This document shows, piece by piece, positions 1 to 9,526 of a stretch of DNA of 64,000 nucleotides. Every line of letters starts with the position of its first letter. Position 1 is the first letter of the stretch. The notes under the pieces are model-generated. The model searched no databases, was not told the DNA's origin, and worked only from the letters and a program-made list of their open reading frames with translations. Source of the stretch: Planctomycetota bacterium (GTDB lineage: Bacteria; Planctomycetota; SZUA-567; H5-PLA8); contig JBBRPR010000040.1 in the NCBI GenBank assembly GCA_038227875.1, forward strand, positions 1 through 64,000. Direction: 5' to 3'. The position numbers and the translations under genes were made by a program.

Positions 1-72
1 AAACGTGTCTCCCGCTGCCTGCGGCCCCATCCTGCCAACCTCTTCCACTATCTCGTCACTTTCCATTTTCAT
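1..72 (-). CDS. 5' end of a gene running off the left edge (MKMESDEIVEEVGRMGPQAAGDTF...)
   Basis: ATG at 72 (alternative at 66), GGGAG just upstream, frame open to the window edge. Confidence 0.35.
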   Translation of the reverse strand, partial: MKMESDEIVEEVGRMGPQAAGDTF

Positions 73-241
73 CGCTCCCATACCTTTCTTCATCGGCACG
101 GGACGCTCTTCAATTTTCAACAATCAGTGGGACGCTTCCCTTCGAACGCGCCCATGCTTTAAACCGAAGTTTCGTGAACAGCGCATTGTTGTACAACATG
201 CCCTTCGCTTTAAAAAAATCAATTAATGTGATCGGCATTTT

Positions 242-445
242 CTATCTTTGCCCCAATCGAGGTAACGTGCGTTTCATCTCTATCACTGCAGGTTCTCCCG
301 CAGTGACAAAAACCCGGTACGAACATCCGCATTCGGAGCAGCGCCAATATGTCATGAGAGCGCCACTGCTGGGTATGGAGATCTCTTGAGCTACGCCACA
401 CTTCGGGGTTTCGCAGAACACCAAATTCGACTCTCCTGTATTCAT
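242..445 (-). CDS. possible small Zn-ribbon protein (67 aa)
   Basis: CETPKC...CSEC cysteine pairs; no clear RBS. Confidence 0.35.
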   Translation of the reverse strand: MNTGESNLVFCETPKCGVAQEISIPSSGALMTYWRCSECGCSYRVFVTAGEPAVIEMKRTLPRLGQR

Positions 446-815
446 GTAGCACGGTTTGGCAATTGAAGTGCCGAAAGGTCTATCGCGACGGAACTAGACG
501 TTGGACCATAGGCGTTAATGGGGAGATGTTCGGATCAGAAAGTTGCTCGTCAAAAATTAAAGTTGGAGCAATTCCGATCACTTGTTATGTCAGGACTTGG
601 ACATCAGACCCGTAATGGAGTAGGGCTGCTCCTATTCAACTTCCTGGCAAATCGTCCTTAGAGCATCCATCCATCGCGTGAGAAAAATATGTTACGGCGT
701 GAATCTTGCACCGTTACCAGGCAATGACGCGGAGACACGGGGATGCACGGCGAATGAGTCCGCCCCGGAATCACAATCCTCGCCTACATCATTGTTTGTC
801 CAGTGAGGTGTAATA

Positions 816-1964
816 ATGCTTAATGACTTCCTGCTAGAGAACAAAGAAGAGATTCTGACTCTCACCGAACGAAAAGCCCTCGTATTGGCCGGAATTCGGC
901 CAAGTTCCGAACAACTTAAAATAGGCCTGCCAATTTTTTTGGGTCAACTAGCAGAAATTCTTCGAACGAGTCATCCTGATGCTGCTCCCTCCACAACCGG
1001 GATGGTGAAAGCCGCCGCAGCTAACGATGAGCCAGCTTTGGCAGCGGCGTCGGGACATTTCGCAGAAATTGAGTTGGCGAAAACTGCAGGACGCCATGGC
1101 GCAGAACTGTTGCGCTTGGGTTACACACTTTCACACGTTATACATGCTTATGGGTCTATGTGTCAGGCCATAACCGAGGTGGCCTCCAACAAACAATACC
1201 CGATAACGGCGGATGAATTTCACAATTTCAACCGGTGCTTGGACGTGGCCATCGCCAGTGCGGTGACAGAATTTCAATTCATGAAAGATGAAAACACTGC
1301 CAGTCGGGAAATACAGCACCTCGGATTTCTCGCCCATGAACTACGCAATGCACTTAACACAGTTAAAATCTCTGTTCGGTTGATTCAAAGCGGTTCAGTT
1401 GGCTTGGGCGGAAGTACGGCTAAGGTCCTCGACAGAGGTCTACGGCGATTTGAAGAACTAATCGATCGATCCCTGGCTGAGGTACGGCTTAACGTTGATC
1501 CAAAGGTACACGTTGAATCCATTAATTTGGCGCATCTTGTTAATCAGATAATGATCACTGCGGATATCGACGCATCGGCAAAACAACAAGTTTTAGAAGT
1601 GAAGATCGCAGGAACATTATTTTTTGAAGCCGATAAGGATTTGTTCTATTCTGCTCTGACAAATCTTATCCATAATGCGATTAAGTACACGCACGTGAAT
1701 GGCAAGATCGATATTCGCGGATTTACTGAGGGCGAATCGATGATTGTCGAAGTAGAAGATGAATGCGGAGGTTTGCGAGTGGGAGCCGAAGAAGAGTTAT
1801 TCAAGCCATTCGAGCAACAGAATGAAAATCGGAGTGGCTTGGGACTGGGACTCACGATCGCGAGGCGCGCAATCGCATTAAATAAAGGCAAGCTAACCGT
1901 TAAAAACATTCCTGGAAAAGGTTGTAAGTTTATCATTACTATTCCGACGCGTTCACATTCATGA
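816..1964 (+). CDS. cytoplasmic sensor histidine kinase (helical N-terminal input domain + HisKA + HATPase_c)
   Basis: H-box AHELRNAL, N-box NLIHNAIKYT, G1 EDECGG, G2 GLGLGL; GAGG RBS; no TM segment. Confidence 0.9.
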   Translation: MLNDFLLENKEEILTLTERKALVLAGIRPSSEQLKIGLPIFLGQLAEILRTSHPDAAPSTTGMVKAAAANDEPALAAASGHFAEIELAKTAGRHGAELLRLGYTLSHVIHAYGSMCQAITEVASNKQYPITADEFHNFNRCLDVAIASAVTEFQFMKDENTASREIQHLGFLAHELRNALNTVKISVRLIQSGSVGLGGSTAKVLDRGLRRFEELIDRSLAEVRLNVDPKVHVESINLAHLVNQIMITADIDASAKQQVLEVKIAGTLFFEADKDLFYSALTNLIHNAIKYTHVNGKIDIRGFTEGESMIVEVEDECGGLRVGAEEELFKPFEQQNENRSGLGLGLTIARRAIALNKGKLTVKNIPGKGCKFIITIPTRSHS

Positions 1965-2365
1965 GCAGCGCGCTCATCTAGCCTATACCAGCGAGCCGGT
2001 GGCGAAACTGCGGGCCAGCGGCGCCGACCTACGCACCGCAGACGACACACCTTCCTCAAGAAGCTCGCGCCGTTTTTCGACGCGTGTGCCGATTTCAATG
2101 CGGCGACCAGCGGCCGTTCCTTCAAGCGTCTTGCCCCATCGTTGGGTGAAATATCAACACGTGACCGTAGTTACCGTCCGCAACATAGACAACCCAAACC
2201 ACAATCTCGCCCTTCATTTAACAAGCAACCAGACCAGTCCGGCCTACCGACAGCAAACCCAAAGCGGCAGCGCCCGTATTTCATGAATTTGAGGGAATAC
2301 ATCGAAAAGTGATGTGTCACAGCACTGTTCGAATCGCTTGAATCGCAGCCCTTGGAATCTTGAAC

Positions 2366-3394
2366 ATGCTTAAATTTCTGCTCGTTGTATCGGTCTTGAG
2401 TCTGGCGCGCTCAGGTTACACCGAGGAGCAGGACGAAACACAAATTTCGGCGACGCGCAAGGACCTTGTAGACGATGTGGACCAGCAACGGTCACCCAGG
2501 ATTCCACGGGATGGTTCCAAAGAAAATCCCGTCCACGGGCCGGGGAAACGTGCTCTTAATCAGGGCGCCGCCGTGCAGGGAAACCAAGGATTGACTCAGG
2601 GCTTTTCCTGCGTCAACGGTGGCAAGTATCCGGATGCAATCAAAAATCTGCGCGCATTTCTAAGCGTCGCGAGCGCGTCGGAACTTGCCCAGGCCGACGC
2701 GCAAGCGAAGGAGCAATTTGGGCGGTCGCTCCAGGAATTGCTGGTCATGTGCTACGCCACGTCGAGGTGTTCCACGTGCAAGGGCGAAGGTGTGATGACC
2801 TGCGAAGATTGCCTCGGAAGCGGGTACACCATGTTGCACAACTTAACGCCCGCCAATGCGAAAAATTCGATGAAACAGCATCCCATGGATCAGGACTTGG
2901 GCTCCCGGCCGCGCGTCCAGGTTTGCCTCAAGTGCCGCGGGCGCGGAACTGACATTTGCCCGCAGTGTACGGGCACCGGCATCGCCTTCATTGAACCCAC
3001 GCCTTATGAACGCGACGCCTACACTGCGTATTTTATGAAGCAGGCCAATGAATGTCTGTCCCATTCGGAAACCAGCTATGGCGACACGCCGCGAGAGGAG
3101 AATATTCCAGCCTTCTTCGGCGGAGAAACGAAAGACCGCACCGAATACAACCTGCGCGAAGTCGTGGAACAGCTGTGGATTCGAGACTCCGCGGATCGCG
3201 TGAAATCCGATTTCTACCGTCTAACCCGCGCCGAAGGTTTCTTCAGACTGGCGCTGAAGAGCGATCCCGCGAACCTCGTAAAGTCGGCGCAGGATTTGAA
3301 TCAGGAACTCATCCGACTCGGAATCCGTCGCAAGAGTCTAGAAGGCGCATTCGCGGAACGGATGCGATTCAAGGATTTCAAAAAGGAAGAGTAG
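2366..3394 (+). CDS. exported protein with a DnaJ-type CxxCxGxG zinc-finger region
   Basis: hydrophobic N-terminal signal; CSTCKGEG, CEDCLGSG, CLKCRGRG, CPQCTGTG; no J-domain HPD motif. Confidence 0.8.
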   Translation: MLKFLLVVSVLSLARSGYTEEQDETQISATRKDLVDDVDQQRSPRIPRDGSKENPVHGPGKRALNQGAAVQGNQGLTQGFSCVNGGKYPDAIKNLRAFLSVASASELAQADAQAKEQFGRSLQELLVMCYATSRCSTCKGEGVMTCEDCLGSGYTMLHNLTPANAKNSMKQHPMDQDLGSRPRVQVCLKCRGRGTDICPQCTGTGIAFIEPTPYERDAYTAYFMKQANECLSHSETSYGDTPREENIPAFFGGETKDRTEYNLREVVEQLWIRDSADRVKSDFYRLTRAEGFFRLALKSDPANLVKSAQDLNQELIRLGIRRKSLEGAFAERMRFKDFKKEE

Positions 3395-3422
3395 AACCCA
3401 TTGCTGCAGTCGTACGTCCCGC

Positions 3423-3547
3423 CGTTGGACCCAACGGGTCCGCTTTCGTCAGCGAAGGGCAAGCCGAGCCGACGCGCATGCGTCGACTCGGCGCAGCCCT
3501 GGAAAAAGTGGCGTGAATTCGGAGTTGTCCTGTAGGGACAATTTAGA
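3423..3547. repeat. composite palindromic REP-like element, family A
   Basis: GGACCCAACGGGTCC / AGGGC...GCCCTGG / TGTCCTGTAGGGACA; near-identical copy at 50957-51078. Confidence 0.85.
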
Positions 3548-3655
3548 ACGCGCGCCAAAAGAGGTCGTTTGCACCCACCATCAAAACCATGCAAAATCGC
3601 GACGGTACTTTGGCTCAGTCTCCAATTGAACCGAGTCCGGGACATAAAACCGAAA

Positions 3656-4093
3656 ATGAATCCTCGACCCATCATTTCCTGTTCGCAATGCGGTGGACCG
3701 TCAGAGTTCGCAACGGGACAGGAAATCGTTGACGGAAAGCTGGTCTGGTGGGCTTCGTTCAATTGCAATTCGTGCGGCGATCAGACGGAACTGGACGGCT
3801 CCGACATTCCGCCCACGGAATTCAGAAACGCCATTTTAAAACGCGAGGGAACTTGGGAACTCCGCATCGAACCGTCCCAGGACATCCCACGCGTTGCAAA
3901 AGCGCTCCGACGCATCTTTTCTCTTTCGCTTGCTGAAGCAATGACAACCGCACGAAAAATTCCCAACGCGGTGGCATCCGGAACGCGAATGGAAATGGAG
4001 CACGCACGCGAACAGTTGGCCGCCGAAAACATTCCATCCAAAACAGCAGCCCTTCCCCAAAACGAGGACCCGCCCGCGAGCCCAATGACCTGA
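3656..4093 (+). CDS. Zn-ribbon + ribosomal L7/L12-CTD-like hypothetical protein
   Basis: CSQC...CNSC followed by RVAKALRRIFSLSLAEA, resembling the L7/L12 C-terminal fold. Confidence 0.65.
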   Translation: MNPRPIISCSQCGGPSEFATGQEIVDGKLVWWASFNCNSCGDQTELDGSDIPPTEFRNAILKREGTWELRIEPSQDIPRVAKALRRIFSLSLAEAMTTARKIPNAVASGTRMEMEHAREQLAAENIPSKTAALPQNEDPPASPMT

Positions 4094-4111
4094 CTCATAT
4101 TGGTACCCCAA

Positions 4112-4183
4112 GGGCCAAAGGCCCGCCGCTATACCAGCCAGGACAACGCCTGGAAACGTGGCGTAAGCTCGGAATTGCCCTGA
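4112..4183. repeat. degenerate family A palindromic element
   Basis: GGGCCAAAGGCCC, CCAGG-acaacg-CCTGG, then gtggcgt...cgga.ttg.cctg as in 3423-3547. Confidence 0.6.
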
Positions 4184-4233
4184 GAATTCCGAATTCGAGT
4201 GCACAAAAGGCTGGATACATCTTAAAGTTCGCT

Positions 4234-5199
4234 CTAATCCATATCTGATTCAACTGGAAGATTGTTTCCGAATGCAACGGCGTTCCTATCTAGCCAGCTT
4301 CGGAGGCATGCAGGCGTTTCAGCGTACTTACTCAAAGTAGAAATTAGATTTGAACGTCCAAGCCCCAACGTCATCGTGCCTCGCCGCGAAAAATATCTCG
4401 GTTTATCCAGCCGTCAATCCGCCGCTAGGCGTTCCAAAAAAAGACGCAAGCACTCAAACAACCACTTCCCTCTAAAAGACAATTTTCGATCCTTATTAAG
4501 AAAATAAGCTCGCGCCTCAGCTATGTCGGCTTCCGTAATTTGATATGATTCTGGAAAGATTTTCGAAATTATTTCTTGCGAAAGCTTGGACTCTACGGCA
4601 CCAATTTCAATTTTTAAATACTGCGATATGTTAAGATTATTAAGATCTGCTCGATGGCAACTCCCGCTTAACTCCATTTGTCGTTGCTTCCAAAGCCAGA
4701 AATTTAATGTTTCCATTGTTGTCACAAATTGATCTAAAGTAATCTCCCACAAACGAAGTATTTCCTCTTCCTCCTCTCCTTCGTTCTCAAAAAATTCGTC
4801 TCTCAAAAGTTTCTGGATTACCCCAGTATCAACATACAGATTCTCTATCGCATAACATGGGGTCACGTATAGTGAAGGGTCTTCAGGATGACTCACATCA
4901 AAGTCCTTGTCGACAAAAAGCAATATATTTGCATGTTTATACTCCTCGCTATCACGCCAAAGACTTCGAATTTTAAGCACCGCCTCCTTTCCTTTTGAAA
5001 TTAGAAATACCGTGTTCTTTTGATTGAAGACCGAATCTAATCGAGCTCCATAATATTTCGGATCGTCAGGGCCCTCAAAAAAGCAAAAAATTTCGCTCTT
5101 TTTGTTCGCATAGGTTTTAATGAATCTCGTCCATGCGACTATGTATCTATTGCGGCTTTCTCTCTGCAATTTAATTCGTTCCATTTGAAGCGTCTCCAT
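4234..5199 (-). pseudogene. DUF4435 TOPRIM-like nuclease (PARIS AriB-like) interrupted by an in-frame TGA at 4414-4416
   Basis: FFEGPDD, VDKDFD and YVTPCYAIENLY motifs; same frame stays open past the TGA (RLDKPRYFSRRG...LSKYAETPACLRSWL...) to TAG at 4234-4236. Confidence 0.75.
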
Positions 5200-6538
5200 A
5201 GGTCGACTCGATCACTCCTGCAGCATGATCGAATTCATTTTCATAAATAAATGGAGAATGCGTCGCCGCAAGCAAGAAGCAACACTTTCCACTTCTCATT
5301 ACATCTGGAAGGAATTTCTGCTGCCATTCCATCGACAGTGACAATTCGGGCTCATCAAACAAAAGAGCGCATTTTCCAATGCGACTCAAGTAAAGCCTAC
5401 TAAATAGAGAAACTAACTGTTTCTCACCGGAAGACATGTATTGCAAGTCGATTTGCTTTTGAGAACGCTTAAGTCGCAGATATAGTTTAACCTTGCTTTC
5501 GTCGTAAATAAATTCTTTGTCTGATAAATATCCGTTCGCGATTTCCTTGAATGACCGTATTGCCTCGTCATTTTCTTTCTGCGCTCTGTATGCTGTTATT
5601 AGACTACCTATAAAACGTGATAAACCTTCATATTTACTTTGATTAATTTGATTAGATTCAAGAAGAGAATAAATATTTTCCTTATTCGTTTGAGAAATAG
5701 TGTCTCCGATTCTGTCCAAAATAATCTGCAGCTCGCGTTTTTCAAACTTGGGTAGATCCGACGGGTCTTTTTGCTGTTCGAGCAAATGCGTCAACCACAG
5801 TCCGCTCATTCTTGAATATGCGTCCAATGCGGCGTCTCGAATTTCATTGGTAATTTCGGAAATCTGTTCGTCAACATCAGTCATGCCAAATTGCATTAAT
5901 GGATCTGCAAACCGTTTATTATCAGGTTCGTCGCGAATTATGAACGATTGCTCTACTCTGCGATAAGTTGGTAGGTATATGACTTTGTATGGAAATCGTG
6001 TAAGAATATCCTTTACCTTTTGGTCTAGCTCGGAGGTAGCAGTTTCCTTTGTATCAAATAATGTCATGTCGCGGTCAGGGCGGGATTGAACTAAAATTTC
6101 ATAGAGCATTCGAGCGGAGTATGGTGAATTTTCAAGAATTTCTATGACCGAGCGGCGCTGTCGAAAGATTACAAAACTAGTCTCTCGTGCTAAGTGCGAT
6201 ATTTGACGAATGCGCTCCGTGCCAAATACGCGAATGAGATCCTGCATTCCAGGGGACAACATCTGTTCCTTCTTTTCAATTTCTCCTCGCGTTATGCATA
6301 CTGAGACTCCATCCGAAAAACTTACACGCAATGCGTCGAAGTCAATCGTGAGGAGCTTGCTCCAAGCACCTTCAAACAAATAGTACATACATCGGAGTAT
6401 TGTTGTTTTGCCGGCACCATTTTCATCGACCAGTATTTTAGCTTTGCCGAAAAATCGAACTTTGACATCGCGATCTCGATGTAATTTGTCTATCTCGAAG
6501 GTTCTTAGCGTTATAGTGTCGGGCTTAGATTCGCTCAT
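5171..6538 (-). CDS. ABC-type ATPase (AAA_21/AAA_15; PARIS AriA-like) with altered Walker A
   Basis: LVDENGAGKTT, signature MSSGEKQ, Walker B LLFDEPE, H-loop ATHSP; overlaps the DUF4435 gene by 29 nt; low GC. Confidence 0.85.
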   Translation of the reverse strand: MSESKPDTITLRTFEIDKLHRDRDVKVRFFGKAKILVDENGAGKTTILRCMYYLFEGAWSKLLTIDFDALRVSFSDGVSVCITRGEIEKKEQMLSPGMQDLIRVFGTERIRQISHLARETSFVIFRQRRSVIEILENSPYSARMLYEILVQSRPDRDMTLFDTKETATSELDQKVKDILTRFPYKVIYLPTYRRVEQSFIIRDEPDNKRFADPLMQFGMTDVDEQISEITNEIRDAALDAYSRMSGLWLTHLLEQQKDPSDLPKFEKRELQIILDRIGDTISQTNKENIYSLLESNQINQSKYEGLSRFIGSLITAYRAQKENDEAIRSFKEIANGYLSDKEFIYDESKVKLYLRLKRSQKQIDLQYMSSGEKQLVSLFSRLYLSRIGKCALLFDEPELSLSMEWQQKFLPDVMRSGKCCFLLAATHSPFIYENEFDHAAGVIESTYGDASNGTN

Positions 6539-6588
6539 TTGTGGTTCCTTGGCTAAGGTATTTAAATACTTGTTTGACTGATATTCTT

Positions 6589-6617
6589 AGGTTATCCTAA
6601 GCTATAATTTGCGTCAA
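6589..6617 (-). promoter_or_regulatory. sigma70-like promoter for the ATPase/DUF4435 operon
   Basis: TTGACG-N17-TAACCT on the minus strand, about 50 nt upstream of the ATG at 6538. Confidence 0.55.
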
Positions 6618-6790
6618 TACGTAAATACTTGGCGAGCGTTGCTTGAACTTTGATTAATATTGTTTAATCCGCACACAGCTACGTCGAAGATGATACTTTC
6701 TATCGCCATCCCAATTCAATCTCGTTTTTGAATCACCATTTATTTGGCATTGCCTGTGCGATTGACTAACGATGTTCAACATTTCCGCGT

Positions 6791-7633
6791 TCATCGATTA
6801 CCTTCCGTCAGCCCAAACAACCGCCCATGCGGCGCGTCCTGGTGGCATTGCATGCACGATTGCACGCGCCCCGCGGAAGTCACGGTTTTTCCATCCGGCG
6901 TGAGCGTCCCGTAGACCCACCCGGCGTCCGTGTTCTCCGTCTTCGCGTCGGCCTTGTAGATGACGAACAGCGAGGACTTCGTCTCCGCGTGAAAGAGCTT
7001 CCCATCCTTCTTCGCGTAAGGAATGACGCGGTCGCGGATCACGTCATTGCCCAAAGACTTCTGCGCGTCGTTGAGCGCACCTGGAGTATCCACTACGGTC
7101 TGCGCTTCATCGCCGTTCACTTCCTTGGCGGTCCATGATTGTTTGACCAGCATCTGGCCCTCCAACTCCTCGCGCTCCTTCGTGAGTTTGCGATAGACCG
7201 ACGGTATCGACGCAAAGATATAATACAGCTTCTGCCCATGGGTCGCCGCGTCGCCGCTGGCACTGAAGCGCGCCACCGACGGCTTGAGTTCCCCGGGCGC
7301 GGGAATTCTGCAGAGTATCGGTGCCATGCGCAGCGTATCGTCGACGCGGCCGTACGTCTCATACGTCGCCGCGATCTCCTTGAGCTTCGCATGAAACGCC
7401 GGATCGTTGACCACCGGAGCAACCGGAGCCGCCGGCGCGCTCGCCGCAACCGTTGAAGTCTCAGACGTCGCAGGCGCAACGGGTTTAGCCGGCGCGTTCG
7501 CCGCTGGCGGAACCGCGTTGCCATCCGTTTTCGCAGCCTCCATCTCCGCCCCAAAAGAGCAGGACACAAGACCGAACATCCCCACAGCAAGCACCGCCGC
7601 GACGATGGCGAGCGAGACTCGATTCGTTATCAT
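6791..7633 (-). CDS. cytochrome P460-family c-type cytochrome (exported, possibly a lipoprotein)
   Basis: signal peptide with LVSC; MLVKQ, GWVYG and C-terminal CMQCH heme-binding motif. Confidence 0.75.
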   Translation of the reverse strand: MITNRVSLAIVAAVLAVGMFGLVSCSFGAEMEAAKTDGNAVPPAANAPAKPVAPATSETSTVAASAPAAPVAPVVNDPAFHAKLKEIAATYETYGRVDDTLRMAPILCRIPAPGELKPSVARFSASGDAATHGQKLYYIFASIPSVYRKLTKEREELEGQMLVKQSWTAKEVNGDEAQTVVDTPGALNDAQKSLGNDVIRDRVIPYAKKDGKLFHAETKSSLFVIYKADAKTENTDAGWVYGTLTPDGKTVTSAGRVQSCMQCHQDAPHGRLFGLTEGNR

Positions 7634-7664
7634 CTACGTATGCTCCCCGACGAGGAAATAATTT

Positions 7665-7779
7665 GACATTCAACGTTCCTATTCAATTTTCGACATTCAA
7701 CCTTCAACCTTCAACCTTTCGACATTCGACATTCGCGACATTCCGGCGTTCATCGTTCATCAATCACTCGTCACCACTC
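7665..7779. repeat. degenerate heptamer tandem repeats (TTCGACA/TTCAACC-type)
   Basis: cgacattcaaccttcaaccttcaacctttcgacattcgacattcg... Confidence 0.75.
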
Positions 7780-9526
7780 CCCGTTCGTCCTTTTTCAGCC
7801 GCATTATTTCCGCCAGCAGTGTCGCCGCCGCCTCCACCTTGGGCTTCGACCTCAGCGTATGGCTCAGCTTGGGCAGCAATGGCGCTTCCCATTCGTCGCC
7901 GGCTTTCCCCACTTTGTCGGTGCCGCGGATCACCACCATGATCGATTGCTGCCGGTGGTTGCCGGCGTGCAAGGTGAACTGCTCGATCTGGCAGTACGTC
8001 AGTGCCGCCGCCGGAACGCAAAATCGCTTGGTGTTTCCTTCGAACAGCAGCGCGCCGCGTTCCATGTCCACTTTCAGCAGGCCGATCTCATTGGTGTTGC
8101 GCAGAGTCATTGTGCCCCATTCTTCGCGCGGGCTGATCTCCACCAGGATCGCGGCGGCATCATTCGGTTCCACCAGCCGCGCCGGTCGATTCTCAAGACC
8201 CTTCCGAAACGTGCGCTGCAGGTACGGCATCGTCCACGGACTGCCCTTCCAAATCGACCAATACCCGCCACACAGCGACATCACGACGCCGGTCGCGATG
8301 CCCAGCCAGATCAGAGCCACTACCAGCGCGCTGGGCGGCACGTTGGATTTTTTGAAATCCAGCAACACCGCGCAACAACACAGCGCGCCGAACATCCCGA
8401 CCAGAAACATCAGCGGCGGCAACGCGTCCAGAAAGCCCGCCCAGTAGCAGTGCTTCGACTGCAAGGCCGCGCCGCAATGGGGCGCGGGAACCGGAAGTTC
8501 TTCGACGACGCTCCGCGCCGCGGGCTTGGTCTCGGGTTCCAGTCCGGACGCCCCCGGCACGGCGGCTTCCGCGACCGGAGCGGCGGACGATTCCGGGGCT
8601 GCCGTGGATATTGGGGCGGTCGCGGCGATGAACTTCAACTTCGAAAACTTCGGCGCGACGTGCGAGAGTTCTTCGCTGCTCAACTCCACCCGCTTCAGCA
8701 CGGCCCGATTGGCCATCGCTCCAAAGGTCTTGGGCAGCACGCCATTCTTGTCCGCCTTAAGCACCCCCACGGAAAAGTAGTGCGAGCACTCCGGCGTTGG
8801 CAGCGTCTCCGCGCAACAGGTGTCCACCTGCATCACGGCGAATGAACCGCCAGGTGCCGTCGCCACGGTTGGAATCTCGGCCAGCGCGCGCAGTCTCCCC
8901 GTGTTCAGGGCTTCGATCAAGGCGCCGCTGGTGTCCGGTTTGAACGTGGAACGGTAACTCTTCTTCCAGGCCCCGCACTTTTCGCAGTAAACCTGGCGCA
9001 CGCTCGCCAGCGCGATTCCCAGCGTAATGAACGGAACGCCGATCGCTTCGATTGCAAAAAAGAACCAGTTGAAGACGTGGTCCACGACGTTGGGGGCGCG
9101 CGGCGGCTGATTGTACGAATGTGTGTCCTGGATGACATCCGTGGCCATGCGGTGTTCGATGTACTTCGGGAGCACATCGATGCGATAGAAATTCCACCAG
9201 CCGATGGCACTGACCATCGAGAGGTACAGAAATCCCACGTACAGGACCAGCCCCGCCACCAGTCCCAGCAGCACTGCCACCGCCGTGTTGCGGCAGTGGC
9301 CCGCCGTGACCGCATGCCCAGCCAAAAATCCCAACCCCGAGGCCAAACCCAGCGGCACGATGATGATCAAATAAAACCCAACGTGAAGCGCCACGGTCAG
9401 CAAAATGGCGCCGACACACGCTGCCACCATCGTCAGCACCGCCCAAGGCAAAAAGCGCAGCCAGTCCACCTCTCCCGAAGATCGATAAATCTGACGCGAT
9501 GCGACACTTTCCATACGAAGCCCCAT
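7760..9526 (-). CDS. multi-pass membrane protein of unknown function
   Basis: 588-aa ORF with several hydrophobic helices and a CEKC motif; GC3 bias matches core genes. Confidence 0.8.
   Translation of the reverse strand: MGLRMESVASRQIYRSSGEVDWLRFLPWAVLTMVAACVGAILLTVALHVGFYLIIIVPLGLASGLGFLAGHAVTAGHCRNTAVAVLLGLVAGLVLYVGFLYLSMVSAIGWWNFYRIDVLPKYIEHRMATDVIQDTHSYNQPPRAPNVVDHVFNWFFFAIEAIGVPFITLGIALASVRQVYCEKCGAWKKSYRSTFKPDTSGALIEALNTGRLRALAEIPTVATAPGGSFAVMQVDTCCAETLPTPECSHYFSVGVLKADKNGVLPKTFGAMANRAVLKRVELSSEELSHVAPKFSKLKFIAATAPISTAAPESSAAPVAEAAVPGASGLEPETKPAARSVVEELPVPAPHCGAALQSKHCYWAGFLDALPPLMFLVGMFGALCCCAVLLDFKKSNVPPSALVVALIWLGIATGVVMSLCGGYWSIWKGSPWTMPYLQRTFRKGLENRPARLVEPNDAAAILVEISPREEWGTMTLRNTNEIGLLKVDMERGALLFEGNTKRFCVPAAALTYCQIEQFTLHAGNHRQQSIMVVIRGTDKVGKAGDEWEAPLLPKLSHTLRSKPKVEAAATLLAEIMRLKKDERGVVTSD

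Noticed and set aside
100..170. attC-like fragments here and at 2000-2135
   Set aside because: They lack paired RYYYAAC/GTTRRRY ends and no integron integrase is in the window; too degenerate to call.
4414..4416. Genome-wide TGA recoding or selenocysteine as an explanation for the internal stop
   Set aside because: Many clear genes here end in TGA (e.g. at 1964, 11651, 15568); the site is not a redox Cys position and no convincing SECIS hairpin follows.
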